A stretch of DNA of 64,000 nucleotides from assembly GCF_029227855.1 (NCBI RefSeq), contig NZ_CP074356.1; one strand, 5' to 3'. The position numbers and the translations under genes were made by a program. The notes under the pieces were generated by a model. The model was not told the origin of the DNA. It ran no database searches and saw only the letters and a list, made by a program, of their open reading frames with translations. Below are positions 13,532 to 23,327 of the stretch, in pieces; position 1 is the stretch's first letter; every line of letters starts with the position of its first letter. Source of the DNA: Escherichia coli (GTDB lineage: Bacteria; Pseudomonadota; Gammaproteobacteria; Enterobacterales; Enterobacteriaceae).

Positions 13532-14845
13532 TCAGGCACCAACAATATTGCGCAGATCAAACACCCGACACGCCTTGCCTTCTGAACGCGGGATACTGCC
13601 ACAGTTAACGATCATCACATCGGTAGAGATCCCCACCATCGACTTAATCCGATGGCGCAGCTGGTGGCACACCTGGCAACGCTGCTCATGCGTCAATGTC
13701 AGGCTACTTTCTTTCAACTCCACTTTCACAGAAAGTGAATCAAGATGCCCCCGGCGGTTCACCTCCAGTTGGTAATGCGGCGATAAATGTTCGAATTTGA
13801 CAATCTCTTCTTCCAGTTGCGACGGAAAGACATTTACACCGCGAATAATCAACATGTCATCGCTGCGTCCGCTGATGCGATCCATGCGGCGCATAGTCCG
13901 CGCCGTTCCTGGTAACAGTCGGGTTAAATCACGCGTGCGGTAACGAATGACCGGCAATGCTTCTTTGGTCAGCGTGGTGAATAACAGTTCTCCATGTTCA
14001 CCATCGGCAAGCGGTGTGCCGTCATGAGGATTAACAATTTCAGGATAGAAATGATCTTCCCAAATGGTTGGGCCGTCGGTAGTTTCCAGACACTCCATCG
14101 CCACCCCCGGCCCCATCACTTCTGACAGGCCATAAATATCCAGTGCGGTGATCCCCAGGCGACGCTCAATTTCTTTACGCATGGCCTGTGTCCACGGCTC
14201 AGCACCAAACACTCCAACCCGCAGCGAGCAACCGCTGGCATCACCGCCCAACTGCCGCTCCAGCTCTTCAATCAGGTTAAGGCAATAAGATGGCGTAACC
14301 ATGATCATATCTGGTTGAAAATCGCGGATCAGTTGCGCTTGTTTTTCCGTCTGCCCACCAGACATCGGGATCACCGTAGCGCCCAGACGTTCGGCACCAT
14401 AGTGCGCACCCAGCCCACCAGTAAACAGGCCGTAACCATAGGCAACATGAATTTTATCTTTGGGCGTGCCACCTGCCGCACGCAAGGAACGCGCTACTAT
14501 ATTGGCCCAGTTATCAATATCGTTTTGCGTATAGCCAACAACTGTCGGTTTACCTGTTGTTCCCGAAGAAGCATGAATGCGCACCACTTGTTCCATCGGC
14601 ACGGCAAAGGTGTCGAAAGGATAGTTGTCGCGCAGATCCTGTTTGGTGGTACAGGGAAATTTACGCAGGTCAGAAAGTTCCCTGAAATCATCAGGATGTA
14701 CGCCTGCTGCGTCGAATTTGCGCCGATACATCGGGACATTTTCATACGCGTGTTTGAGCGTCCATTTCAGACGCTGTGTTTGCAACGCCTGTAACTCATC
14801 TACAGACGCGGTTTCAATCGGGTCAAGCTTTGTATTGGTTATCAT
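13532..14845 (-). CDS. paaK: Phenylacetate-CoA ligase
   Basis: Adenylate-forming enzyme (SSGTTGKPT motif); start trimmed to MITNTKLDP (437 aa) from the 465-aa track ORF. Confidence 0.9.
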   Translation of the reverse strand: MITNTKLDPIETASVDELQALQTQRLKWTLKHAYENVPMYRRKFDAAGVHPDDFRELSDLRKFPCTTKQDLRDNYPFDTFAVPMEQVVRIHASSGTTGKPTVVGYTQNDIDNWANIVARSLRAAGGTPKDKIHVAYGYGLFTGGLGAHYGAERLGATVIPMSGGQTEKQAQLIRDFQPDMIMVTPSYCLNLIEELERQLGGDASGCSLRVGVFGAEPWTQAMRKEIERRLGITALDIYGLSEVMGPGVAMECLETTDGPTIWEDHFYPEIVNPHDGTPLADGEHGELLFTTLTKEALPVIRYRTRDLTRLLPGTARTMRRMDRISGRSDDMLIIRGVNVFPSQLEEEIVKFEHLSPHYQLEVNRRGHLDSLSVKVELKESSLTLTHEQRCQVCHQLRHRIKSMVGISTDVMIVNCGSIPRSEGKACRVFDLRNIVGA

Positions 14846-14871
14846 TGTAGGGTACTCGCAGGTTGATATGC

Positions 14872-16077
14872 TCAAACACGCTCCAGGATCATGGCGATGC
14901 CCTGACCGACACCGATGCACATGGTGCACAATGCGTAACGACCGTTACGCCGATGCAGCTCATGGCTGGCAGCCAGTGCCAGGCGGGCACCACTCATTCC
15001 CAACGGATGGCCTAAGGCGATAGCGCCTCCGTTGGGGTTAACATGTGGGGCATCATCAGGTAGCCCCAATTCGCGTAGTACACCCAACGCCTGGGCCGCG
15101 AACGCTTCGTTCAGTTCAATCACGTCCATATCGTGAATACTCAACCCCGCGCGTTCCAGCACCCGACGAGTTGCAGGCACCGGACCAAGCCCCATCAGGC
15201 GCGGTTCCACCCCGGCGGTTGCCATGGCTACGATACGCGCTCGCGGTGTCAGTCCTTGCGCTGCTGCCATCTGTTCACTGGCAATAATCAACGCAGCGGC
15301 TCCATCATTCACCCCGGAGGCATTGCCTGCGGTGATCACTCCATTGGCACGAAATGGTGCTTTTAGTCCACGTAACTGTTCCAGCGTCGTTTCCGGGCGC
15401 AGATGCTCGTCATGTTGTATTTCTGTTACAACACCTTTTTTGTTTTTCAACACAACCGGAACAATCTCTTCAGCTAAAATGCCTGAAGATTGCGCTTTTG
15501 CTGTACGTTGCTGACTGCGTAGCGCAAAACTATCTTGATCTTCTCGCGAGATTTTTAACAGTTCAGCTACATTCTCTGCCGTTTCCGGCATGCTGTCAGT
15601 TCCAAATTGTTGAGCCATGAGCGGGTTCACAAATCGCCAGCCAATAGTGGTATCAAACATCTCAGCCTGACGAGAAAATGCACTGGTTGCCTTGCCCATA
15701 ACAAACGGTGCCCGAGACATTGACTCCACGCCACCAGCGATCAGCAAATCGCCATCGCCCGCTTTAATCGCCCGTGCGGCGAACCCCAGTGCGTCCAGTC
15801 CGGAACCACACAAGCGGTTAATGGTTGTGCCGGAAACACTCTGCGGCAGCCCCGCCAGTAAAGTCGCCATCCGGGCTACGTTACGGTTATCTTCTCCCGC
15901 CTGATTAGCACAGCCGAGGATCACATCATCGATACATTCCGCATCGAGACGCGGGTTTCGCACCAGCAGTTCCCGCAAAGGGATAGCAGCCAGATCATCA
16001 GCCCGAACACCTGATAATGCCCCGCCGTAGCGACCAATTGGCGTACGAATTCCGTCACAGATAAAGGCTTCACGCAT
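14872..16077 (-). CDS. paaJ: 3-oxoadipyl-CoA / 3-oxo-5,6-dehydrosuberyl-CoA thiolase
   Basis: 401-aa thiolase (active-site Cys region NRLCGSGL; C-terminal CIGVGQG). Confidence 0.9.
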   Translation of the reverse strand: MREAFICDGIRTPIGRYGGALSGVRADDLAAIPLRELLVRNPRLDAECIDDVILGCANQAGEDNRNVARMATLLAGLPQSVSGTTINRLCGSGLDALGFAARAIKAGDGDLLIAGGVESMSRAPFVMGKATSAFSRQAEMFDTTIGWRFVNPLMAQQFGTDSMPETAENVAELLKISREDQDSFALRSQQRTAKAQSSGILAEEIVPVVLKNKKGVVTEIQHDEHLRPETTLEQLRGLKAPFRANGVITAGNASGVNDGAAALIIASEQMAAAQGLTPRARIVAMATAGVEPRLMGLGPVPATRRVLERAGLSIHDMDVIELNEAFAAQALGVLRELGLPDDAPHVNPNGGAIALGHPLGMSGARLALAASHELHRRNGRYALCTMCIGVGQGIAMILERV

Positions 16078-16499
16078 CAGGCTTCTCCTGTAATGGTGCC
16101 GCCGATGCGGTGAGATTTACCGCGAAACAGCGCAACCGTTTTTTGTTGTTGGTTAACAATTTCGATGTCGTAAACACCGGTTTGCTTGCCCTGATGACGT
16201 ACCTGCGCAGTAGCAGTTAAGGTGTCTCCGGCAAAGCCTGGACGCAAAAAATCAATCGTGCAGGCAGAAGCGACGGCTGCCAGCCCCTGGCTATTGCAGG
16301 CGTAGGCAAAGGCAGTATCAGCCAGTGAAAATAGCTGCCCGCCGTGGCAACTTTGATGACCATTAAGCATTTGTGCAGTGACGGTCATGGTCACTACAGC
16401 AAAGCCTTCATCCATTGAGATAATGTCGATGCCAAGCGCTTTGGCGCAGGCATCGTTCTCATACATTGCATGGGCATTTTGCCAGGCCTTATTACTCAT
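16077..16499 (-). CDS. paaI: Hotdog-fold acyl-CoA thioesterase PaaI
   Basis: 140 aa from MSNKAWQNAHAMYEND...; the track ORF carries an N-terminal extension. Confidence 0.88.
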   Translation of the reverse strand: MSNKAWQNAHAMYENDACAKALGIDIISMDEGFAVVTMTVTAQMLNGHQSCHGGQLFSLADTAFAYACNSQGLAAVASACTIDFLRPGFAGDTLTATAQVRHQGKQTGVYDIEIVNQQQKTVALFRGKSHRIGGTITGEA

Positions 16500-17916
16500 A
16501 ACCGCTCTCCAGAAGCGCTCGTTGGCGCAGCAATGAACATGGGCGATAGCGTTCTTCGCCATAGTGATGTTGTAGATTTTCCAGGAGCCTTAATATTCGC
16601 TGCCAGCCAAGTTGCGCTCCCCAGGCAAGCGGGCCATATGGATAATTCACCCCAAGACGCATGGCGGTATCGATATCCTGTTCAGAGGCCACGCCTTTTT
16701 GAAGCGCATCAAGGGCTTCATTGATGATCATTGCTACCGTTCGCCAAATCAGCATTCCTGGGTAATCTGCAATTTGCAGCACTGTTTTGCCCTGCTGTTG
16801 CAGGTAATAAATGGCCTTGCGGGTCGCTGAGTCCGGGTTCACCGCTGCCGCAGCAATGGTCACCACCTTGCCCGCCATTTTGTCGACCACTACCACCGGG
16901 CGTGCCAGTCGTATTGCCAGCGCCTGTGCCGTCTCGCCTTGTGTCTCAATCAATAAAACATCGTCAATTTCCGTGACACCGTCACTTTTCTTTTCTACTT
17001 TCATGGGGCTAAAACTGTCGCTTACCGCTTCCAGGCCAACAACTGCCTCACGTTCCGCGCGCCAGTCGTACACGCCCAGCCCACTTTTCTTGCCCAACCG
17101 TCCACCAATCACCAGTTCCTGTTGCACCAGCGAAGGTAAAAAACGACGCTCCTGCCAGAAAGCGTTAAACACCGAACAGGTGACAGCAAAATTGACGTCC
17201 TGACCAATCAGATCGGTTAATTCCAGCGGCCCCATCGGGAAACCAGCGCCATCGCGAAGTGCAGCGTCAATCACTTCTGGTGCAGCAACCTGCTCTTCCA
17301 GTGCCCGCCAGGCCTCGGAATAATAAGGACGCGCAACACGGTTAACGATAAATCCAGGAGTCGAATGACAGCGCACAGGCTGCTTACCCCAACTCAACGT
17401 TAGTTCACACAACTGCTCAACAACTTCCGCTGCCGTTGCCAGCCCACTGACCACCTCCACCAACTTCATCACCGGTGCCGGGTTAAAAAAATGCAGCCCC
17501 GCAACACGTTCAGGATTTTTTACCTCCGCAGCAATCGCGGTTATAGAGATTGACGAAGTGTTAGTGGTCAATAGCGTTTGTGGCGGGCAAACTTCCGCCA
17601 GCTGTGCAAAGAGCGCTTTTTTGACTTCCAGACGTTCAGACGCCGCTTCAATGACCAGGTCCGCAGCTGCCAGCGCGTGAATATCGGTCACCGGGATCAG
17701 GCGTTTCAATGTGCGTTCACAGGTTTCAGCAGTCAGTTTTCCCCGCGTCACTCGTGAATTTAGCCGCGCGTGTATCCCGTCGATTGCGCGGGTCAGCGCT
17801 TCAGCAGAAATGTCATACAGTAAAACCTGATGTCCATGACTGGCGGCAACTTCAGCAATGCCAGCCCCCATGGTGCCGCTCCCAATCACTGCCACAGTTT
17901 GCACATTTATCATCAT
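16492..17916 (-). CDS. paaH: 3-hydroxyadipyl-CoA dehydrogenase
   Basis: NAD-binding GxGxxG (VAVIGSGTMGAGIA); start trimmed to MMINVQ. Confidence 0.88.
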   Translation of the reverse strand: MMINVQTVAVIGSGTMGAGIAEVAASHGHQVLLYDISAEALTRAIDGIHARLNSRVTRGKLTAETCERTLKRLIPVTDIHALAAADLVIEAASERLEVKKALFAQLAEVCPPQTLLTTNTSSISITAIAAEVKNPERVAGLHFFNPAPVMKLVEVVSGLATAAEVVEQLCELTLSWGKQPVRCHSTPGFIVNRVARPYYSEAWRALEEQVAAPEVIDAALRDGAGFPMGPLELTDLIGQDVNFAVTCSVFNAFWQERRFLPSLVQQELVIGGRLGKKSGLGVYDWRAEREAVVGLEAVSDSFSPMKVEKKSDGVTEIDDVLLIETQGETAQALAIRLARPVVVVDKMAGKVVTIAAAAVNPDSATRKAIYYLQQQGKTVLQIADYPGMLIWRTVAMIINEALDALQKGVASEQDIDTAMRLGVNYPYGPLAWGAQLGWQRILRLLENLQHHYGEERYRPCSLLRQRALLESGYE

Positions 17917-17917
17917 G

Positions 17918-18706
17918 CTATTTCCCCGTGAACTGCGGTGAGCGTTTAGCCAGGAACGCACTGACACCTTCACGATAATCTGCGCTCCGTCCGGCAAGTC
18001 GCTGATAGTCACGTTCCAGATCCAGTTGCGTATCAAGCGTATTGGTTTCAGCGCTATTTATCGCTTGCTTGATAAGTCCAAGACCAAATGTCGGTTGTGT
18101 CGCCAGATGCCGTGCCAGCTGTTGCGCGGTATCTGCCAGCGTTTCATCATCAACAACCTGCCAGATCATCCCCCATTCGTGCGCCTGTTCAGCACTCAGT
18201 TGATTCCCCAGCAGTGCCAGCCCCATGGCGCGCGCTCGTCCGGCAACGCGTGGCAGTAACCAGGTACCACCGCAATCGGGTACCAAACCTAACTTACTAA
18301 ACGCCATGACGAATTTTGCTGAACGGGCAGCAATAACGATATCGCACCCCAGTGCCAGTGTTGCGCCTGCCCCTGCAGCCACGCCATTAACTGCACAGAT
18401 CACCGGTTTTGGCAGTTTTGCCAGGCGACGTACCAGTGGGTTATAGAAACGCTCCACTGACATACCTAAATCCGGTGCGGGGCCTGTGGGATCAACGTTA
18501 CGATCGTTAAGATCCTGACCAGCACAAAATCCACGTCCGGCACCTGTAATTAACAAGCAACGGATAGTGTCGTCGCGCTCGACCTGTTTCAGGCACTCTG
18601 CCAGTTGTGCGTGCATCTCATCATTAAAACTGTTCAGGCGTTCCGGGCGGTTGAGCGTTAGTGTCATCACGCCCTTTTCTACATGACTGAGGATGAATTC
18701 CATCAT
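17918..18706 (-). CDS. paaG: 1,2-epoxyphenylacetyl-CoA isomerase (crotonase fold)
   Basis: 262-aa enoyl-CoA hydratase/isomerase-family ORF. Confidence 0.9.
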   Translation of the reverse strand: MMEFILSHVEKGVMTLTLNRPERLNSFNDEMHAQLAECLKQVERDDTIRCLLITGAGRGFCAGQDLNDRNVDPTGPAPDLGMSVERFYNPLVRRLAKLPKPVICAVNGVAAGAGATLALGCDIVIAARSAKFVMAFSKLGLVPDCGGTWLLPRVAGRARAMGLALLGNQLSAEQAHEWGMIWQVVDDETLADTAQQLARHLATQPTFGLGLIKQAINSAETNTLDTQLDLERDYQRLAGRSADYREGVSAFLAKRSPQFTGK

Positions 18707-19473
18707 TAGCGTCCTTTAAAGTCGGGCGTGCGTTTTTGTAAGAAAGCGGAGATGCCTTCATGACGATCTTCTGTTGCCGCCAGCAAGGTGAATAACTGTC
18801 GCTCCTGGGCAAGTCCGGCTTGCAAAGCCACTTCCTGCGACTGGCGCAGCGCTTGCTTTGCCGCTTGTAAGGCCAGCGGCGAGTGACGTGCCATTTTCGA
18901 CGCCAGCTGTAAGGCGTATTCGAGGGTTAAATCGCTGGGGAAGACGTCGCTAACCAGCCCGGCCTGCTGTGCTTGCTGAGCGGTGATACTTTCTCCGCTC
19001 AGCACCATTTTGCTGGCTAACGATTTACCGACACTACGGATTAAACGTTGCGTTCCGCCTGCGCCAGGCATGATGCCGAGAGTGATTTCCGGCAACCCAA
19101 AACGCGCGTTCTCTCCGGCAACCACCACATCGCACAACAATGCCAGTTCGCAACCCGCACCAAGCGCGTAACCGTTGACGGCTGCGATGAGTGGTTTGTT
19201 AAAGGCCTGCAATCGCGCCCATAGCTGCGGACGTGTATCGTTTAAGGTGGCCGCGAGATCTTTTTCTGCCATTTCGTTGAGATCGGCCCCAGCGGCAAAA
19301 AAGCGTGCATTACCGGTAATCACACAGACCGAAATGCTGGGATCGATAGCCGCAGCTTCCAGCTCATTTACCAGTTGCGTCAGCAGGACATTATTCAGCG
19401 CATTACGTGCGGCAGGACGGTTAAGGGTCAGCAACAATACTCGTTGCTGACGGCTGACGATCAGTTCGCTCAT
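18706..19473 (-). CDS. paaF: 2,3-dehydroadipyl-CoA hydratase (crotonase fold)
   Basis: 255-aa enoyl-CoA hydratase-family ORF. Confidence 0.9.
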   Translation of the reverse strand: MSELIVSRQQRVLLLTLNRPAARNALNNVLLTQLVNELEAAAIDPSISVCVITGNARFFAAGADLNEMAEKDLAATLNDTRPQLWARLQAFNKPLIAAVNGYALGAGCELALLCDVVVAGENARFGLPEITLGIMPGAGGTQRLIRSVGKSLASKMVLSGESITAQQAQQAGLVSDVFPSDLTLEYALQLASKMARHSPLALQAAKQALRQSQEVALQAGLAQERQLFTLLAATEDRHEGISAFLQKRTPDFKGR

Positions 19474-20540
19474 GCCATCCCCTTCGCGTCAAAGTCAACC
19501 ACCACATCGCTGGTCAGCGGCAGTGCCTGGCAACTCAACACATAGCCTGCAGCCAGTTCATCCGGTTCCAGACTGTAATTGGTTTCCATCGCCACTTTGC
19601 CACGCAGCACTTTGCATTTGCAGGTCGCACAGACGCCGCCTTTGCAGGCATAGGGCAGATCAGCCCCCTGGCGCAATGCCGCATCGAGAATGCTTTCATC
19701 GTCGGCATTAAGCACGATTTCCCGATCCCGCCCATCCTGACGCACAGTCACTTTTTGTCCGTCACTTTGCACGTTAACGTTACGTTTGACGCGCGTGCCA
19801 GCCGTATTAAACCGCTCCAGATGAATCGCTTTTTCTGGCATTCCCAGTGCTTTTAAGGCAGCTTCCGCGTCATCCATCATCGCCGCCGGACCACAAATAA
19901 ACGCCTCATCATAAAGACGAAAATTAATGAGCGAGGCCCCAAGTGACTGTAATTTTTCACCGTCAATACGCCCGTGAAGCAGATCGCTGTCGAGAGTTTC
20001 CTGACTGAAAATGCACAACAACTGTAAACGCTGAGGATATTTGTCTTTCAGGTCTGCCAGTGCCTGGCGAAACATCATGCTCTGGCTGGTACGGTTACCG
20101 TAAATCAGAGTGAACTGACTTTCAGGCTCGGTTTGTAAAGTGGTGGCGATAATCGCCAGCATTGGCGTAATACCCGATCCTGCTGCAATAGCCAGATAGC
20201 GGCCCTGGCGTTCGGCCTGTGGCTGATAGCCGAAATGCCCCTGCGGCACCATGACTTCCAGCGTCATCCCCTGGCGGATGTGTTCGCGGGCATAGCGGGA
20301 GAAACGTCCGCCTTCAATGGCTTTCACCGCCACACTAATTTCGCCAGGCAGGTAGCTACGGCAAATGGAGTAACAACGGCGTAATTCTTCACCATTAAGG
20401 CTGGCTTTTAAGGTCAAATGTTGACCGGGACGAAAGCGATACGCCTCCTGCAAAGGCTGGGGTACCGCAAAGGTAATGGTTACCGCATCACGGGTTTCTG
20501 GCTCCACTTTTGCCACCGTTAAGGAATGAAACGTTGTCAT
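19470..20540 (-). CDS. paaE: Phenylacetyl-CoA epoxidase reductase subunit (FAD/NAD + 2Fe-2S ferredoxin)
   Basis: C-terminal plant-type ferredoxin cysteines (CKGGVCATCKC); start trimmed to MTTFHSLTVAKV (356 aa). Confidence 0.88.
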   Translation of the reverse strand: MTTFHSLTVAKVEPETRDAVTITFAVPQPLQEAYRFRPGQHLTLKASLNGEELRRCYSICRSYLPGEISVAVKAIEGGRFSRYAREHIRQGMTLEVMVPQGHFGYQPQAERQGRYLAIAAGSGITPMLAIIATTLQTEPESQFTLIYGNRTSQSMMFRQALADLKDKYPQRLQLLCIFSQETLDSDLLHGRIDGEKLQSLGASLINFRLYDEAFICGPAAMMDDAEAALKALGMPEKAIHLERFNTAGTRVKRNVNVQSDGQKVTVRQDGRDREIVLNADDESILDAALRQGADLPYACKGGVCATCKCKVLRGKVAMETNYSLEPDELAAGYVLSCQALPLTSDVVVDFDAKGMA

Positions 20541-20547
20541 GGCATCC

Positions 20548-21045
20548 TCAAATACATTTGAAATAATCGAAAGGTTCGCGACAGCTATCGCAGCGATACA
20601 ATGCTTTGCAGGCCGTGGAACCAAATTCACTGATAAGTGTGGTATGGACGCTGGCGCAACGCGGGCAACGTACTTCTGGCGGCAAATGGGCATGGCAACT
20701 GTGTCCGGCGGGCGGGCTAATGCCATACTGTCGCAGACGCTCACGGGCATCGGGGGTCATCCAGTCGGTGGTCCACGCCGGGTCGAGTTGCAGCACAACC
20801 TGAACGGGGGTAAACCCGTTGGTTGTCATTGCCTCACGTATCGCGCCAATCAAATGTTCCGTTGCCGGACAACCGGAATATGTCGGCGTAAAGCCGATCA
20901 CCCATCCTTCTCCCATCTGTGTCACATTACGCACCATGCCTAAATCAGTAATGGTCAGCACCGGGATCTCCGGATCCGGGATCTGGCTGAGTAGCGCCCA
21001 TATCTCATGCACCTGTGGCGGTGCAATGGTGGCCAGACGTTGCAT
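20548..21045 (-). CDS. paaD: Phenylacetyl-CoA epoxidase subunit PaaD
   Basis: 165 aa from MQRLATIAPPQVHEIWALL. Confidence 0.88.
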   Translation of the reverse strand: MQRLATIAPPQVHEIWALLSQIPDPEIPVLTITDLGMVRNVTQMGEGWVIGFTPTYSGCPATEHLIGAIREAMTTNGFTPVQVVLQLDPAWTTDWMTPDARERLRQYGISPPAGHSCHAHLPPEVRCPRCASVHTTLISEFGSTACKALYRCDSCREPFDYFKCI

Positions 21046-21059
21046 ACCCATCTCCTCTG

Positions 21060-21806
21060 TTACCATTGCTGACCGGGTAAGACACGCTGGAGATACTGCA
21101 TTTCTGCCACCATGGGTCCAAGGTGTTCGGTATGCAGTCCTTTTTTACCGCCAGTGCGATACGCCTGCTCTTGCGGTACGTTCAATGTGGCTTCGTTGAA
21201 CCCAGCAAAAACTTCGGCTTCCCACGCTGCGCGTAAAGTGCGTGGGTCAACCGCAATACCCTCTTCACTCAGTGCAATATCAATCTCGTCGGCATCGAAC
21301 AGTTCGGCGGTAAAACGCCACAACTTGTTGATGGCCTGCTGCATCTTTTGCCCTGATACGTCAGTACCATTGCCCAGTCGCTCCAGCCAGCCACGACTAA
21401 AACGCAGGTGATAGCGAGCTTCTTTAATTGCTTTGGCAGAAATCGCCGCCAGTTGCGGCTCGCGGCTTTCCATCAGACGGGTAAAGAGCGCCACATGCCA
21501 TGCATCGATGAAATACTGACGTGCAATGGTGTCGGCAAAATTGCCGTTTGGTTGTTCAACCAACAATAAGTTGCTGAACTGGCGCTCGTCTCGGGTGAAG
21601 GCCAGGGTATCTTCATCGCCTTCTCCCGCTAATTCAGCGGCATACGATAAGAAGTTGCGTGCCTGACCTAATAAATCGAGGCCAATGTTTGCCAGTGCGA
21701 GATCGATTTCCAGTTCCGGTGCGTGACCGCACCATTCACCCAACCGCTGGGAGAGCACCAGGCAGTTATCGCCCAGGCGCAAGGTGTAAGCCGTTAACTG
21801 ATTCAT
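21060..21806 (-). CDS. paaC: Phenylacetyl-CoA epoxidase subunit PaaC
   Basis: 248 aa from MNQLTAYTLRLGDN. Confidence 0.88.
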   Translation of the reverse strand: MNQLTAYTLRLGDNCLVLSQRLGEWCGHAPELEIDLALANIGLDLLGQARNFLSYAAELAGEGDEDTLAFTRDERQFSNLLLVEQPNGNFADTIARQYFIDAWHVALFTRLMESREPQLAAISAKAIKEARYHLRFSRGWLERLGNGTDVSGQKMQQAINKLWRFTAELFDADEIDIALSEEGIAVDPRTLRAAWEAEVFAGFNEATLNVPQEQAYRTGGKKGLHTEHLGPMVAEMQYLQRVLPGQQW

Positions 21807-21814
21807 TTCCGACC

Positions 21815-22102
21815 TCACATGTGCTCAATGCCATCAGGGATGGTGTAAAACGTTGGATGGCGATAGACCTTGCTTTCAGCCGGATCAAAAAATTCACCGC
21901 GTTCTTCCGGTTGCGAGGCAACAATTTCACTCGCCTTCACCACCCAAATTGAACATCCTTCGCTACGACGGGTATAAGCATCACGGGCATTTTCCAGTGC
22001 CATCCGCTCATCGGCAGCATGTAAACTGCCAACATGGCGGTGTGATAAGCCCTGTTTGCCACGCACGAAAACTTCGTATAACGGCCAGTAAACATTACTC
22101 AT
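21815..22102 (-). CDS. paaB: Phenylacetyl-CoA epoxidase subunit PaaB
   Basis: 95-aa ORF MSNVYWPLYEVF... Confidence 0.9.
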   Translation of the reverse strand: MSNVYWPLYEVFVRGKQGLSHRHVGSLHAADERMALENARDAYTRRSEGCSIWVVKASEIVASQPEERGEFFDPAESKVYRHPTFYTIPDGIEHM

Positions 22103-22113
22103 TTTGAAACTCC

Positions 22114-23043
22114 TTATGCGACCTTACAGGCATGTTGTTTTTGTGCATGGGCCAGCGCAGCTTCCCGTACCCAGGTACCTTCTTCCCAGGCTTTACGTTT
22201 GGCGTCGAGCCGCTCCTGATTACAAATTCCGCGACCGTTTATCACTTCGTTAAACTCCTGCCAGTCGATCTCACCAAAGCGGTAGTGACCGCTTTCAGTA
22301 TCAAAATGCAGATCCGGGTCAGGAACGGTCATACCGAGCATTTCAACCTGTGGAACGGTGTTATCCACGAAACGCTGGCGGAGTTCGTCGTTGGTGAAAC
22401 GTTTGATTTTCCAGGCGAGACTTCTGGCGCTGTTTGGCGAGTTATCATCGTTTGGCCCGAACATCATTAAGGCTGGCCACCAGAAACGGTTAATGGCGTC
22501 TTGCAACATCTGCTTTTGAGCTTCGCTGCCCTGCGCCAGTGCCATGCAGGCTTCAAACCCCTGACGCTGGTGAAAACTCTCTTCTTTGCAGATTTTCACC
22601 ATTGCTCTGGCATACGGGCCATAAGAAGTGCGGCATAACGCCACCTGATTGACGATCGCTGCGCCATCCACCAGCCAGCCGATAACACCGATATCAGCCC
22701 AACTCAATGTCGGATAATTAAAGATGGAGGAATATTTCATCCGTCCGTCGAGCATTTTTTGGTAGATGTCTTCTCTGGCGCAGCCCAGTGTTTCGGCGGC
22801 GCTATAGAGATACAGACCATGACCTGCTTCATCCTGCACTTTGGCCAACAGAATGGCTTTACGCCGTAAGGTTGGTGCGCGAGTGATCCAGTTACCTTCA
22901 GGCAACATACCAACAATCTCGGAGTGCGCATGCTGCCCAATCTGGCGGATCAATGTCTTTCGGTAAGCATCGGGCATCCAGTCCTGCGGCTCGATAGCCG
23001 TTTCCTGGGCTATCCGTTGCTCAAAGCGTTCTTCTTGGGTCAC
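22114..23043 (-). CDS. paaA: Phenylacetyl-CoA epoxidase catalytic subunit PaaA (di-iron)
   Basis: 309-aa ORF, first gene of paaABCDEFGHIJK. Confidence 0.9.
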   Translation of the reverse strand: MTQEERFEQRIAQETAIEPQDWMPDAYRKTLIRQIGQHAHSEIVGMLPEGNWITRAPTLRRKAILLAKVQDEAGHGLYLYSAAETLGCAREDIYQKMLDGRMKYSSIFNYPTLSWADIGVIGWLVDGAAIVNQVALCRTSYGPYARAMVKICKEESFHQRQGFEACMALAQGSEAQKQMLQDAINRFWWPALMMFGPNDDNSPNSARSLAWKIKRFTNDELRQRFVDNTVPQVEMLGMTVPDPDLHFDTESGHYRFGEIDWQEFNEVINGRGICNQERLDAKRKAWEEGTWVREAALAHAQKQHACKVA

Positions 23044-23327
23044 GTCATCACCTTTACGATTCCAGTTTTCATGATTTAATTAAAAACACGAATCACGTAT
23101 TTTTATGAAAGTTACACAATGGTTAACTAAAATCACAAATTTTGTATGTTTGAACTGTGACGAATTTCGCACCCTATTTTTATAAATCATTATTTATCAG
23201 TGCATTAATGTTTTTCGCAGTTGCTATACAGATCGCATAGTTAACATTTCGTTAAAAGACCACTTGCTTTTTATGATTCGCGATTTAACTATTAGCAACA
23301 GAAATGTGAAACATCTGGAGAGTAGCG
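23044..23327. promoter_or_regulatory. Divergent paaA / paaZ promoter region
   Basis: 284-bp AT-rich spacer between divergently transcribed paaA and paaZ; individual operator sites not mapped here. Confidence 0.5.

Noticed and set aside
13532-20750. N-terminal extensions of the track ORFs for paaK, paaI, paaH, paaE, paaD, paaC (and likewise tynA, ydbL, hslJ, uspF, dgcM, abgA, abgT, fnr, uspE, mppA, mpaA, IS200 tnpA)
   Set aside because: The longest-ORF calls begin at upstream in-frame codons inside the preceding gene or spacer; internal starts give the expected protein lengths and N-termini, so the extensions are not treated as novel domains
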